Notes under the pieces: model-generated
The model's database searches: none
What the model saw: the letters and a program-made list of their open reading frames with translations, nothing else
Told to the model about the DNA's origin: nothing
Position numbers and translations under genes: made by a program
NCBI GenBank assembly: GCA_021814835.1
Contig: JAKAHO010000002.1
Coordinates: 1-33,056, forward strand
DNA from: a bacterium
Lineage (GTDB): Bacteria > Patescibacteriota > Minisyncoccia > UBA6257 > GWB1-50-10
Direction of reading: 5' to 3'
Length of the DNA: 33,056 nucleotides
Shown: positions 23,479-31,814 of the stretch, piece by piece
Layout: every line of letters starts with the position of its first letter
Numbering within the stretch: position 1 is the first letter of the stretch

Positions 23479-23928
23479 CTATATCACGTGCAGACGTCGA
23501 AGTTCCTGCTCCACAATCCACACCGCCCTCTGGAACTCCTTCTTGCCGATGCCCGCAATCACCTGTTTTATCATATCCTTGTTCTTGTGATACAGAAACA
23601 TCGAGGGTCTGACGGCGTCGAATGGATTATCTCGAAGCATGATGGGGCCGCCTGCGATTCCTACGGGGTAGGGATCGATGAGTGCGAACTCACGGGAGAG
23701 AAGCCACGAATGCTCGAAGCTGCGGTAGAAGTAACCATCGACGCACTCGAGTTGAGGAAAGAGATTCGCAAGTGCATGGGTGATAATATGACACGAAAGT
23801 TCTATCACCCGCCCCCTCCTGTCAGACCCGAGACTGAGTCCGTCGGGAAAATGCTCCACGAGCAAGCGAATGGACGCGAAAAGCTGTTGGTCGCTCTTCG
23901 AAATAAACCGCAGGGTGTAGGGCGTCAT
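23479..23928 (-). CDS. Hypothetical protein (149 aa) with an ordered Cys...His...Asp pattern
   Basis: The SD is AAGGAGGG. I recognise no family. C46 (LSCHIITHA), H73 (FEHSWLL) and D85 (LIDPYP) are spaced as in small papain/transglutaminase-fold enzymes. This is speculative. Confidence 0.65.
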   Translation of the reverse strand: MTPYTLRFISKSDQQLFASIRLLVEHFPDGLSLGSDRRGRVIELSCHIITHALANLFPQLECVDGYFYRSFEHSWLLSREFALIDPYPVGIAGGPIMLRDNPFDAVRPSMFLYHKNKDMIKQVIAGIGKKEFQRAVWIVEQELRRLHVI

Positions 23929-24010
23929 TGTCCCTCCTTTTATTTGACGTTGTTAAAGCAAAACTATGCCCACCATACCACATATATGCGCCCCAGCAAC
24001 AGCAGTGATG

Positions 24011-24466
24011 CTATTTAAAAATAACGGGAATTTCCCGGGAATCATCATGCTCGAGAAGCCCGGATGGATTATCTTTCTTCACTATGAGAAATCCTCGCAC
24101 GCCGTAAGATGGCTTTTCGAACGTGAGCGTTCCAGAAAACGGCACAAAGTCGGTAGTCATCCATTCGCCCTCAGCCTTCGCATAACTCTGTGCAATAATT
24201 TTTCCATCCCAGTCCGTGAGCACAAGGGGGAAACTAGCTTCAAAGAACCAGTTCCCGCGCGCACGCCCGCGCACAGTGAGCGGAGAAATAATTTCACTGT
24301 TTGCTTCAGGATATGTAATCACAATCGGCTCGTTTGAATTCGCCGCGCGTTGCGATGCTCTGAAAAATATGAGAGATGCGGCTGACACAACAAACGCTAT
24401 AAGCGCTGCTGAAATATATATGCGCTTCTTTAAAGACATAATTCCTGTTGCGGCGCGCAAGTACAA
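24011..24466 (-). CDS. Membrane-anchored protein with a Gmad2-type immunoglobulin-like domain
   Basis: 151-aa ORF with an N-terminal TM helix. The segment ISPLTVRGRARGNWFFEASFPLVLTDWDGKIIAQSYAKAEGEWMTTDFVPFSGTLTF is characteristic of Gmad2 Ig-like domains. Confidence 0.65.
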   Translation of the reverse strand: MYLRAATGIMSLKKRIYISAALIAFVVSAASLIFFRASQRAANSNEPIVITYPEANSEIISPLTVRGRARGNWFFEASFPLVLTDWDGKIIAQSYAKAEGEWMTTDFVPFSGTLTFEKPSYGVRGFLIVKKDNPSGLLEHDDSREIPVIFK

Positions 24467-24487
24467 GCAATGGGCGCGAGTAGTCGT

Positions 24488-24736
24488 CTAGCTGAGCTCC
24501 TTCTTCTTTTCCTCGAATTCTTTCTTGTCTATCTCGCCCTTCGCATATCGCTCTTTTACAATATCAAGCGGCGATTTTTCTCCATGCCTTCCTCCGCGTT
24601 CGTGGCCCCGTGCCCAACGAACGAGCGCAACGATGCCGCCGATGATAAGCGCCCACCAGAGAACCATAAACAACCAACCGAAACCGCCAAATGGTGAAAA
24701 TCCGTAATACATCATATCGTACATTAAATCATACAT
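24488..24736 (-). CDS. SHOCT-domain membrane protein
   Basis: 82-aa ORF with an N-terminal TM helix and a C-terminal SHOCT motif ([25 protein letters not shown]). Confidence 0.75.
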   Translation of the reverse strand: MYDLMYDMMYYGFSPFGGFGWLFMVLWWALIIGGIVALVRWARGHERGGRHGEKSPLDIVKERYAKGEIDKKEFEEKKKELS

Positions 24737-24739
24737 ATG

Positions 24740-25201
24740 TTAATTAAGCATCCAAATTGAGTAATTGAGATACGCCGCGAAGCTCACCCACGCAATATAC
24801 GGGATAAGCACATACGCGGCCGATCTTGAGATTTTTGCGAACGCCGCTATTGCCCAGAGAATGAGCGCCCAAAGTAACACGATATCAATAAGTGCAAGTG
24901 CGGGATTGTGCATCCCGAAAAAGAAATATGACCAAAGCACGTTCACGGTAAGTTGCGCCCAAAATACGTAAAGCGCGCGAACCTCGCCCTTGCGCCACAC
25001 AAGATACGCCGCGACGCCCATGAGAAAATAGAGTGTAATCCACGCGGGACCAAAAACCCATCCCGGGGGCGTGAGTGCCGACTTAGTGAGTCCCGCGTAC
25101 CATCCAGAAATCACAGGAACAGTAAAAACTGAGCCCGCAATACCGGCAAGCTCGCACACGAGGACCATTATACCGAGCCGAGCCCAATCGGGTAGCTTCA
25201 T
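24740..25201 (-). CDS. tspO: TspO/MBR family tryptophan-rich sensory protein
   Basis: 153-aa ORF with five TM helices. It has Trp-rich motifs (WYAGLTKSALTPPGWVFGPAWITLYFLMG; WSYFFFG). Confidence 0.9.
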   Translation of the reverse strand: MKLPDWARLGIMVLVCELAGIAGSVFTVPVISGWYAGLTKSALTPPGWVFGPAWITLYFLMGVAAYLVWRKGEVRALYVFWAQLTVNVLWSYFFFGMHNPALALIDIVLLWALILWAIAAFAKISRSAAYVLIPYIAWVSFAAYLNYSIWMLN

Positions 25202-25234
25202 ATCTTCATTCTATCATCTGCGCCCCTCGTGTAT

Positions 25235-25323
25235 AACAAAAACCGCCCCGGACGTTGCCTTGGGAACGGTTAAGATTTCAATTAAGAAAGCAGTTCCTCG
25301 AATGCGTCAAGTTGGAAGTTCAT
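25235..25323 (-). pseudogene. Remnant copy of the glutaredoxin gene 3' end plus its downstream terminator region
   Basis: Positions 25235..25320 align by eye with 27472..27558 at roughly three-quarters identity. The remnant translates as (M)NFQLDAFEELLS*, against GFQPDAFEELLS* at the C-terminus of the intact gene 27520..27756. Confidence 0.5.
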
Positions 25324-25383
25324 AACATATACGCCTTACGCACCCATTTGCGCGAGGCTTTTATTTTATGTATTTGTTAACGC

Positions 25384-27423
25384 TTATTTAATTAAAAGAT
25401 TTACGTAAAAAACAGTTCCTACCCCCTCCTTCGATTCAAACCAAACCCTCCCTCCCAATCTTTCCACAAGCGTTTTAAGAAGATAAAGTCCCAACCCGGT
25501 TCCCATAGGCACTTTTTCCTTTATATTGTCGGCGCGGAAAAGTTTAGTAAAAATTCTGCTCTTCGCCTCATCGGGAATTCCATAACCGCTGTCCTTAACG
25601 GCGATCATAACCTTGTTGTCCGTCTTTTCGATGGTAATGTCAACCTTTCCGTTCTCGGGAGTATATTTTATCGCATTCGTAAGCAGGTTCTGAAGAATAA
25701 TTCTTGCCGTTTTTGTTCCGATAGCAAGGTAGGGAATCCCGTCTCCATATTTCTTCTGCAACACTATTTTTTTGTCCGTAATTTGACTCGCGAGTTCGTT
25801 CAATACCGAATCTGAAATCTGCAATAAATCCACCTCCCCTTCCTCTATGGGAAATCCGCTTGCTTCTATTTTGGTGATATCGAGAAATCCGCCGACCAAT
25901 TCGGCCATATTTTTACTGCTCTCATGAATTTGTTTCAACACCGTTTTTTGTTCTTCGCTTATCGGTCCCTTGTCACCATCAAGCAACGCCTCAACATTCC
26001 ACGATATTGCGGTAATCGGCGTACCAAGCTGATGCGAGGCAAGAGAAATAAACTCACTCTTCGCCTTGTCTAATGCCCTTTCTTTGCTGATATCCCTTTC
26101 TATTCCCACGAAATATATGAGCGCGCCTCTCACATCAAAAATCGGGGATATGCTTATTATTGCGGTATATACCGTTCCGTCTTTTTTTATATTGGTGATT
26201 TCTCCTACGTATTCCTTTTTTTGGGTCTTAATGACGCTCCATAGATTCTGATAATATTCTAGACCCATCGGCTGCCTCCAAAGCACGCCGGCCTTTTTGC
26301 CGATTGCCTCTTCGGGCTTATAGCCGGTTATTTTTTCGATTGCCCTATTGCCATAAATTACAATTCCCTCCGCGTCGGTAATTACAATCTGATCGGATGC
26401 ATTATCCACTGCAAGTTTAAACTTCTGCAAATCATTTGCGAGTTTTTCGATTTTATTTCTTTCCGACACTATCTGCCCTCTGCGCCGATACGCGAACCAC
26501 AAAAAGAAAAGAAAGAGCGATTCAAAAACAAACGAAATGCCGGCATACAACTCAGTCCTTTGGTAAGCGCTGTCTATATAACTTGGCGTAAGTTTTAACT
26601 GCCAAACCTTATCAGCAATCACTATATCCTGACTCACCTCGCCCGTTCTCGGCAAAATATAATTCTGCGCTGCCGGATCTTTTACAAGGTCGCCTTGAGG
26701 ATTAATAACGCGCTCGCCGCTGTTGTTCAGTATGACATCGGCCCCGATGGGAACAATAAAGTTTTTAGTTTGAATATATTCGTTTTTGCTGTATACGAGA
26801 CTGCTGCTCGCAACAGGCGCAAGCAAATGGGACAAACGCATTACCACCAACGCCTCCCCAAAATAATTACCGCCTCTATAAATCGGAGAATACAGAATAA
26901 GCCCCGGATATCCCTGTTGAAGCATAATCGGTTCAGTAACAACCGTAGAGCGAGTTGTTTTTGCTTTTTCTATCGAAAGTAAACGATTGGGGTATTGATT
27001 CAGATCCAATCCTATGACTTTGGCATTATCCTCGTTCATCGGATATGCGTAACGGATATTGTTATTCGCATCAACCCATTCAATAGTAATGGGCATCGCA
27101 ATTGGTCCCGCGGCAATACTCCCCACAAGAGCGGAGCTAAATAAATCGAACTCCTCTTTATTTATTTCGTTGCCGGAAGCGAAAAAGGCGCGAGTACTTT
27201 CTACGGCGACCGATACGGCTTGTAGGCGTCTGTTAATTAAAGACTTAGTGCCTTCAACTTCGTTATTGTAAACAGTGCGTGAAAATCCAAGTTCCAATCC
27301 GTATCCGATGATATTTATCCCGATAAGCAATAATAAAACCAATAATCCCGGAATAATAACGACGAGTATTCCGGGAAGAATAAAGAGTTTCGGCGCATTC
27401 AATGATGTGTCGCCTTCTTCCAT
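25384..27423 (-). CDS. Sensor histidine kinase (extracytoplasmic sensor domain - TM - PAS - HisKA - HATPase_c)
   Basis: 679-aa ORF. Two TM segments flank a ~260-aa periplasmic-type domain. It has a PAS-like region (DQIVITDAEGIVIYGNRAIEKITGY), an H-box (SHQLGTPITAI), an N-box (LLTNAIKYT) and G-boxes (DSGYGIP, GTGLGLY). There is no response regulator in the window. Confidence 0.9.
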   Translation of the reverse strand: MEEGDTSLNAPKLFILPGILVVIIPGLLVLLLLIGINIIGYGLELGFSRTVYNNEVEGTKSLINRRLQAVSVAVESTRAFFASGNEINKEEFDLFSSALVGSIAAGPIAMPITIEWVDANNNIRYAYPMNEDNAKVIGLDLNQYPNRLLSIEKAKTTRSTVVTEPIMLQQGYPGLILYSPIYRGGNYFGEALVVMRLSHLLAPVASSSLVYSKNEYIQTKNFIVPIGADVILNNSGERVINPQGDLVKDPAAQNYILPRTGEVSQDIVIADKVWQLKLTPSYIDSAYQRTELYAGISFVFESLFLFFLWFAYRRRGQIVSERNKIEKLANDLQKFKLAVDNASDQIVITDAEGIVIYGNRAIEKITGYKPEEAIGKKAGVLWRQPMGLEYYQNLWSVIKTQKKEYVGEITNIKKDGTVYTAIISISPIFDVRGALIYFVGIERDISKERALDKAKSEFISLASHQLGTPITAISWNVEALLDGDKGPISEEQKTVLKQIHESSKNMAELVGGFLDITKIEASGFPIEEGEVDLLQISDSVLNELASQITDKKIVLQKKYGDGIPYLAIGTKTARIILQNLLTNAIKYTPENGKVDITIEKTDNKVMIAVKDSGYGIPDEAKSRIFTKLFRADNIKEKVPMGTGLGLYLLKTLVERLGGRVWFESKEGVGTVFYVNLLIK

Positions 27424-27473
27424 ATCCTATAAGTATACCAGTCGATGACAAAGCGTACGAGAATTTTTGAAAA

Positions 27474-27508
27474 CAAAAAACCGCCCGTAAGTTGCCCTAA
27501 GAGCGGTT
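27474..27508 (-). terminator. Possible terminator after the glutaredoxin-like gene
   Basis: The stem is AACCGC...GCGGTT with a long loop. It is followed on the minus strand by U6. Confidence 0.35.
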
Positions 27509-27519
27509 GAAGCATCTGA

Positions 27520-27756
27520 CTAGGAAAGTAACTCCTCAAATGCGTCGGGTTGGAATCCCACAATAATCTCACTATCAATCTCGACAACGGGTACGCCCAT
27601 CTGCCCGCTTTTTCTCACCATTTCGTCCGCGGCGCTCATATCGCGGCTCACGTCAATATCATTGAACGCAATGCCCTTCGTTTTAAAGAAGTTTTTCGCC
27701 ATAACGCAGTAAGGGCAGGTCTGCGTGGAATATATTGTTACTGAATGTGTATTCAT
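27520..27756 (-). CDS. Glutaredoxin-like protein (NrdH/YruB-type small thioredoxin-fold protein)
   Basis: 78-aa ORF with a CPYC active site (TCPYCVMAKNFF) and the conserved GVPVV segment. Confidence 0.85.
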   Translation of the reverse strand: MNTHSVTIYSTQTCPYCVMAKNFFKTKGIAFNDIDVSRDMSAADEMVRKSGQMGVPVVEIDSEIIVGFQPDAFEELLS

Positions 27757-27769
27757 ATATGTATAATTA

Positions 27770-28054
27770 TTATTTATATTTGCAGATTAAACGCTTCAAA
27801 TCTCCGACAAACGGCGCCTTTGGAAGCTCGTAGCACATACGCTTTCCCGACCGCCTTGCAACAAGCAACCCCGTACGCGCCATAACTTTCAGATGATGCG
27901 AAGTAATAGCCACGCTCATATTGAGCTTTTCAGCGATATCGGAAACACAAATATTCTTTGTGTCAAAAATGACGCAAAGAATCTTCAGTCGACCCGTGTC
28001 CCCCGCCGTCCGCAAAAGCCCGGCAATATCGTGTATATCTTTTTTTATGCGCAT
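27770..28054 (-). CDS. ArsR/SmtB-family winged-helix metalloregulator
   Basis: 94-aa ORF with the HTH segment CVSDIAEKLNMSVAITSHHLKVMARTGLL. Confidence 0.85.
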   Translation of the reverse strand: MRIKKDIHDIAGLLRTAGDTGRLKILCVIFDTKNICVSDIAEKLNMSVAITSHHLKVMARTGLLVARRSGKRMCYELPKAPFVGDLKRLICKYK

Positions 28055-28058
28055 ACCT

Positions 28059-28107
28059 CGTTCAAATGAACGTTTGAATGATATCGCACATAATCACCGC
28101 TTGTCAA
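28059..28107 (-). promoter_or_regulatory. Sigma-70-like promoter (TTGACA-18 nt-TATCAT) with overlapping palindromes, upstream of the ArsR gene
   Basis: The minus strand reads GTGTTGACAAGCGGTGATTATGTGCGATATCATTCAAACGTTCATTTGAACGAGGTATG. The inverted repeats CGTTCA-aa-TGAACG and TTCAAA-n6-TTTGAA overlap and follow the -10 box, as expected for an ArsR/SmtB operator. Confidence 0.45.
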
Positions 28108-28117
28108 CACGCACAAC

Positions 28118-30652
28118 CTACATTTCAAGTTTTGATGCCAAAAACAACTTCAATATTTCAAACCAAGCAAGACTCGCGCCCACCACAATGAAAATAATGA
28201 GAACATCCGTGGGAAACAACGGTGCAAGATGAAAGAGACCCGCAAAAAAGGGCGTATAAAGCACAACCGCAAGAAATGCGAGTGCGCCTGCAAACACTAT
28301 CCAAAATACCCTGCTCGCAGATAAGAACGTCTGAATGATGGTCTTGCCCCACGAAAGGTTCGAGGCGATGAGCATTAGGTTTGCGAGCACGAGCGAAACA
28401 AGCGCAAATGAACGCGCCTCAAGTTCGCCTCTGCCGACGTGAAGCGTGTACGCGTAAATGGCGAATGTCGCAAGAAGCACGCCAAGGCCCTGCACAAGAC
28501 TAATGCTCACATTCTTAAAATTAAAGAGGCGTTGATGCAAATTTCTTGGGGGTCGCATCATAATATTTTCAGCTTCCTTTTCCGATTCGAATACCACAGA
28601 GCACGCGGGGTCGATAATAAATTCCAAAAATGCGATATGCGCGGGCACAAGCGCCGGGGGCATATTAAAGAGAATGGGCAAAATAGACATTCCCGCGATA
28701 GGTACGTGCACTGCCAAAATGTAGCCAATCGCGCGCTTCAGGTTATCATAAATTCTTCTTCCCATGCGCACCGTAACCACAATCGAAGAAAAATCGTCGT
28801 TCAACAGAACAAGCGATGAGGCCTCGCGCGCCACATCCGTCCCCCGCTCGCCCATCGCGATACCGATATGCGCAGCCTTGAGCGCGGGCGCATCATTCAC
28901 GCCGTCGCCCGTCATTGCCACAATCTCACCGTTTGCCTTAAGCGCATTAACAATAAGCAACTTCTGCTCGGGAAGCACCCGCGCAAAAATATTTATATCT
29001 TTAATTTTTTCTCTGAGTTCCGAATGAGTAAGTCTCCGTAGGTCATCGCCCGTCAAAAATTGTTCGGGATTTTTGAGTCCCGTCTGCCGCGCGACAAACT
29101 GCGCAGTGCCAGGATAATCGCCGGTAATCATAATAATGCGCATGCCTGCCGCGTATGCCTCTCGTACCGATTCCGGCACCGTCTCGCGCACGGGGTCAAC
29201 GAAACCAAGAAGCCCGAGAAACGTAAATGCAAAATCATGCTGCGAAACGGGTAAATCACCGTGCGCATAGCGAGACTCCGCGACGCCAAGCACGCGCAAA
29301 CCCCTATCAGACATCTCTTTCACTTTTTCAAGTATGCGCCCTCTTTCTTTTTCGCTTGCATTACAAAGACTCAGCACCGCCTCAGGCGAGCCCTTAGAGG
29401 CAACAATATAAGATCCGCCAGTCTTTGCGCACCACACGTGTGACAACGCAAGTAATTCTTTCGTTAATGGAAATTCCCTTATAAGCGTTAATTCCTGAAG
29501 TGCACCGTAACCAGACAACGATTTACCAACATTATTTAATTCCTTTTCAAGCGGATCGTAGGGGTCCCTCTGGCCTGCGAGCACGCCGCATTCAAGTAAT
29601 CGCTCAAACGACTTTGACGCGGTATGCATTCCATCTGCCAGCACAATGAATGAATCATTCGTGTAAACCTCCGCCAATTTCGCACTATTCAATGTGAGTG
29701 TTCCCGTTTTATCGGCGCACAGCACCGTTGCCGCGCCCAATGTCTCAATAACCGCCGAACGGCGTGTCAGTACTTTATTCTTTGAAATCCTCCACGCGCC
29801 CATGGTGAGGAAAAGCAAAAGCACCACAGGAAACTCCTCGGGAATAGTTGCCATACTGAGCGAAAGTCCTGCAAGAAAACCGCCGACAATGTCATGCTTC
29901 ACGATTGCGTACGCGACAACAACAAGCACACTGAAGATTGCGCTCCCCGCCGCAACAAGGCGGACAATTCTATATGTTTCTTTATGAAGTAATGTCTGCT
30001 CCTCTTTGATACCCTCCAAACTTTTTCCAATTTTGCCGATTTCGGTGCGCGCGCCAATTGCATGCACTTTTGCGATTGCATGCCCGCTCACTACCATCGA
30101 TGCGGAATAAACAAATGGCACATCGTCCCCTCCCGGTCTTGCAGCTGCTTTTGCGCCGTCCCAATTTGTTTTGCGGACTGCAGCCGATTCTCCCGTAAGT
30201 AATGATTCATCTACGCTCAAATTTTCCGATGACAAAACGGTCGCGTCCGCAGGGACGCGGTCGCCCTCGCGAATAATAACGATATCGCCTTTCACAACAT
30301 CTCTTCCCGCAATGCGCCGCTGTTCGCCATCGCGGACAATAAGCGCGCGGGGACTTGAAAGGTCCCGCAATGCTTCAAGTATCCGCTCGGTCTTACGCTC
30401 CTGATAATAGGTGATGCCTATAATGACGCACGCGGAAATAATAAGCATTATCGCGTCCCGCACATCACCGATAAAAAGGTAAATAGTCGCGGTCGCCGCG
30501 AGCAAGAAAAGCATCGGCTCCGAAAGTACCGCCCATAATATTGCTAAGCCTCCCCGCTTTTTCTGGGAAGGCAGTTCGTTAAACCCCTCAGCCGCAAGCA
30601 GTCTTTGCGCTTCTGCCTCCGAAAGTCCTTGAATGAGATTCGCGCTGTTCAT
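28118..30652 (-). CDS. Cation-translocating P-type ATPase (P2-type, Ca2+/Mg2+-like; specificity not determinable)
   Basis: 844-aa ORF. It has an N-terminal cation-ATPase domain (LSEAEAQRLLAAEGFNEL), TGES, the phosphorylation site DKTGTLT, MITGD and GDGVNDAPAL. The TM4 motif is PEEFP rather than PEGLP. Confidence 0.9.
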   Translation of the reverse strand: MNSANLIQGLSEAEAQRLLAAEGFNELPSQKKRGGLAILWAVLSEPMLFLLAATATIYLFIGDVRDAIMLIISACVIIGITYYQERKTERILEALRDLSSPRALIVRDGEQRRIAGRDVVKGDIVIIREGDRVPADATVLSSENLSVDESLLTGESAAVRKTNWDGAKAAARPGGDDVPFVYSASMVVSGHAIAKVHAIGARTEIGKIGKSLEGIKEEQTLLHKETYRIVRLVAAGSAIFSVLVVVAYAIVKHDIVGGFLAGLSLSMATIPEEFPVVLLLFLTMGAWRISKNKVLTRRSAVIETLGAATVLCADKTGTLTLNSAKLAEVYTNDSFIVLADGMHTASKSFERLLECGVLAGQRDPYDPLEKELNNVGKSLSGYGALQELTLIREFPLTKELLALSHVWCAKTGGSYIVASKGSPEAVLSLCNASEKERGRILEKVKEMSDRGLRVLGVAESRYAHGDLPVSQHDFAFTFLGLLGFVDPVRETVPESVREAYAAGMRIIMITGDYPGTAQFVARQTGLKNPEQFLTGDDLRRLTHSELREKIKDINIFARVLPEQKLLIVNALKANGEIVAMTGDGVNDAPALKAAHIGIAMGERGTDVAREASSLVLLNDDFSSIVVTVRMGRRIYDNLKRAIGYILAVHVPIAGMSILPILFNMPPALVPAHIAFLEFIIDPACSVVFESEKEAENIMMRPPRNLHQRLFNFKNVSISLVQGLGVLLATFAIYAYTLHVGRGELEARSFALVSLVLANLMLIASNLSWGKTIIQTFLSASRVFWIVFAGALAFLAVVLYTPFFAGLFHLAPLFPTDVLIIFIVVGASLAWFEILKLFLASKLEM

Positions 30653-30664
30653 ACAATATCCGGT

Positions 30665-31006
30665 TTAGAATCCCGTCACGCTGTTAATAAGGTCAAGCTG
30701 GCTGTACGCCTGCGAAAAGAATTGCTGTACCACAATAATTCCAATCGCTATCGCAACAACGGTGAGCACAAGAGAGGTGATGCCTATCATTCTTGCCCTC
30801 TCATCGGACTGTTTGAGATACGTAAACGCGTAATGCAAACCGAATGGCGCGAGAAAAAAACTGACACTGTAAATAAGCACCTGCTTGGCGACCGAGGTAT
30901 CGATCGCGTGAGGCTTTAATTCAAATCCGCAATGAGGGCAAAAAATGTCGGTCTCGGAAACCTCGGTCCCGCATTTCGGACAGCGTGGCGTAAGCGTCGC
31001 TTCCAT
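30665..31006 (-). CDS. Zinc-ribbon domain membrane protein
   Basis: The start is placed at MEATLTPRCPKCG (31006), because codons 1-19 of the track ORF overlie the cspA terminator. It has a CPKC-x13-CPHC zinc ribbon followed by two TM helices. Confidence 0.7.
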   Translation of the reverse strand: MEATLTPRCPKCGTEVSETDIFCPHCGFELKPHAIDTSVAKQVLIYSVSFFLAPFGLHYAFTYLKQSDERARMIGITSLVLTVVAIAIGIIVVQQFFSQAYSQLDLINSVTGF

Positions 31007-31012
31007 CTGTAT

Positions 31013-31018
31013 AGTATA
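31013..31018 (-). promoter_or_regulatory. Candidate -10 box (TATACT) 6 nt upstream of the ATG at 31006; possible leaderless mRNA
   Basis: The minus strand reads TTTTTTTGTATATACTATACAGATGGAA, directly after the cspA terminator. Confidence 0.3.
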
Positions 31019-31021
31019 TAC

Positions 31022-31048
31022 AAAAAAATACCCCGCCGTTAGGCGAGG
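31022..31048 (-). terminator. Intrinsic terminator after cspA
   Basis: On the minus strand the stem is CCUCGCC-uaac-GGCGGGG (7 bp including one G-U pair). It is followed by UAUUUUUUU. Confidence 0.55.
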
Positions 31049-31063
31049 CATTCTCTGCATCAT

Positions 31064-31261
31064 TTAGACGCGGGATACGTTTACTGCGTTGGGTCCTTTC
31101 GGAGAGTCAGCTTTTTCGAAAGTGACCCTATCACCCTCGCGAAGCTCATCAAAGGTTACTCCTTTGAGCTCGTTAGTGTGAAAGAACAAGTCTTTCGTTT
31201 CGCCTTCAACGGTGATAAATCCGAATCCTTTTTCGTTAAGTTTCTTGATTATTCCTTCCAT
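31064..31261 (-). CDS. cspA: Cold-shock protein (CSD, CspA family)
   Basis: 65-aa ORF with RNP-1 (KGFGFI) and an RNP-2-like motif (DLFFH). Confidence 0.9.
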   Translation of the reverse strand: MEGIIKKLNEKGFGFITVEGETKDLFFHTNELKGVTFDELREGDRVTFEKADSPKGPNAVNVSRV

Positions 31262-31362
31262 GTAAAGTTAAAAGTTAATTTGTGTGTTTTAAGGTTTGAT
31301 CCTAAAGTCTAGTTTTCTAAAAGAAGCTCGACGAAATTTTTGTTAGTAACTATCTTGGCATA

Positions 31363-31391
31363 AATATAACACGCAATAATAAATTAGTCAA
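31363..31391 (-). promoter_or_regulatory. Sigma-70-like promoter (TTGACT-17 nt-TATATT), giving a roughly 100-nt 5' UTR for cspA
   Basis: The minus strand reads GCTTGACTAATTTATTATTGCGTGTTATATTTATG. Long 5' UTRs are typical of cold-shock genes. Confidence 0.45.
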
Positions 31392-31398
31392 GCATCCA

Positions 31399-31800
31399 CT
31401 ATTTGCGCTCTTGCGTAGTATCCGCTGCCACCACGCACCCTGTATAATTTTTCTCCGCGCCTTTTTCGAGCACGAGCGCGCCATCTCCCTTGCTCCAAAA
31501 TACAAACGACTCATCGCTGTTTGCATAACGCGCCCCGTCAGCTGATATCGTTTGCGGCAAACGAAGATTGCGCCCGTCGCTCAATTTAATTGACACGCTC
31601 CCCGTGGGAATCGGCGGCTCCCCTGGCTTCACGGGTATCGCCGCTCCCCTGTAATACGCTGCGTCAATTGTTTTATTGTCGCCGCAGATATACATTGCCC
31701 GCGTAATAAGTATCTGCGAGGCGGATGTATTCGCAAAATAATACCACGCACCCGCACCAAGGATAACCAGAAAAGAGATGACGATAAGATATTTTTTCAT
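31399..31800 (-). CDS. Membrane-anchored MliC-like (lysozyme-inhibitor fold) protein
   Basis: The start is placed at MKKYLIVISF (31800) to avoid overlapping the MFS gene end. It has a TM/signal anchor, and YICGDNKTIDAAYY...ISADGARYANSDESFVFWSKGDGALV resembles the MliC family. Confidence 0.5.
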   Translation of the reverse strand: MKKYLIVISFLVILGAGAWYYFANTSASQILITRAMYICGDNKTIDAAYYRGAAIPVKPGEPPIPTGSVSIKLSDGRNLRLPQTISADGARYANSDESFVFWSKGDGALVLEKGAEKNYTGCVVAADTTQERK

Positions 31801-31814
31801 AATAACTATTTTAT

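Noticed and set aside
25235-27558. The direct repeats flanking the histidine kinase, considered as ends of a mobile element.
   Set aside because: There is no transposase, integrase or inverted terminal repeat. The repeats are diverged copies of a gene end plus terminator rather than short target-site duplications. They are kept as a rearrangement scar finding, not as a mobile element.
31007-31063. First 19 codons of the track ORF 30665..31063 (MMQRMPRLTAGYFFVYTIQ).
   Set aside because: This stretch is the cspA terminator hairpin plus its U tract and a -10-like box. The start at 31006 (MEATLTPRCPKCG) is more plausible.
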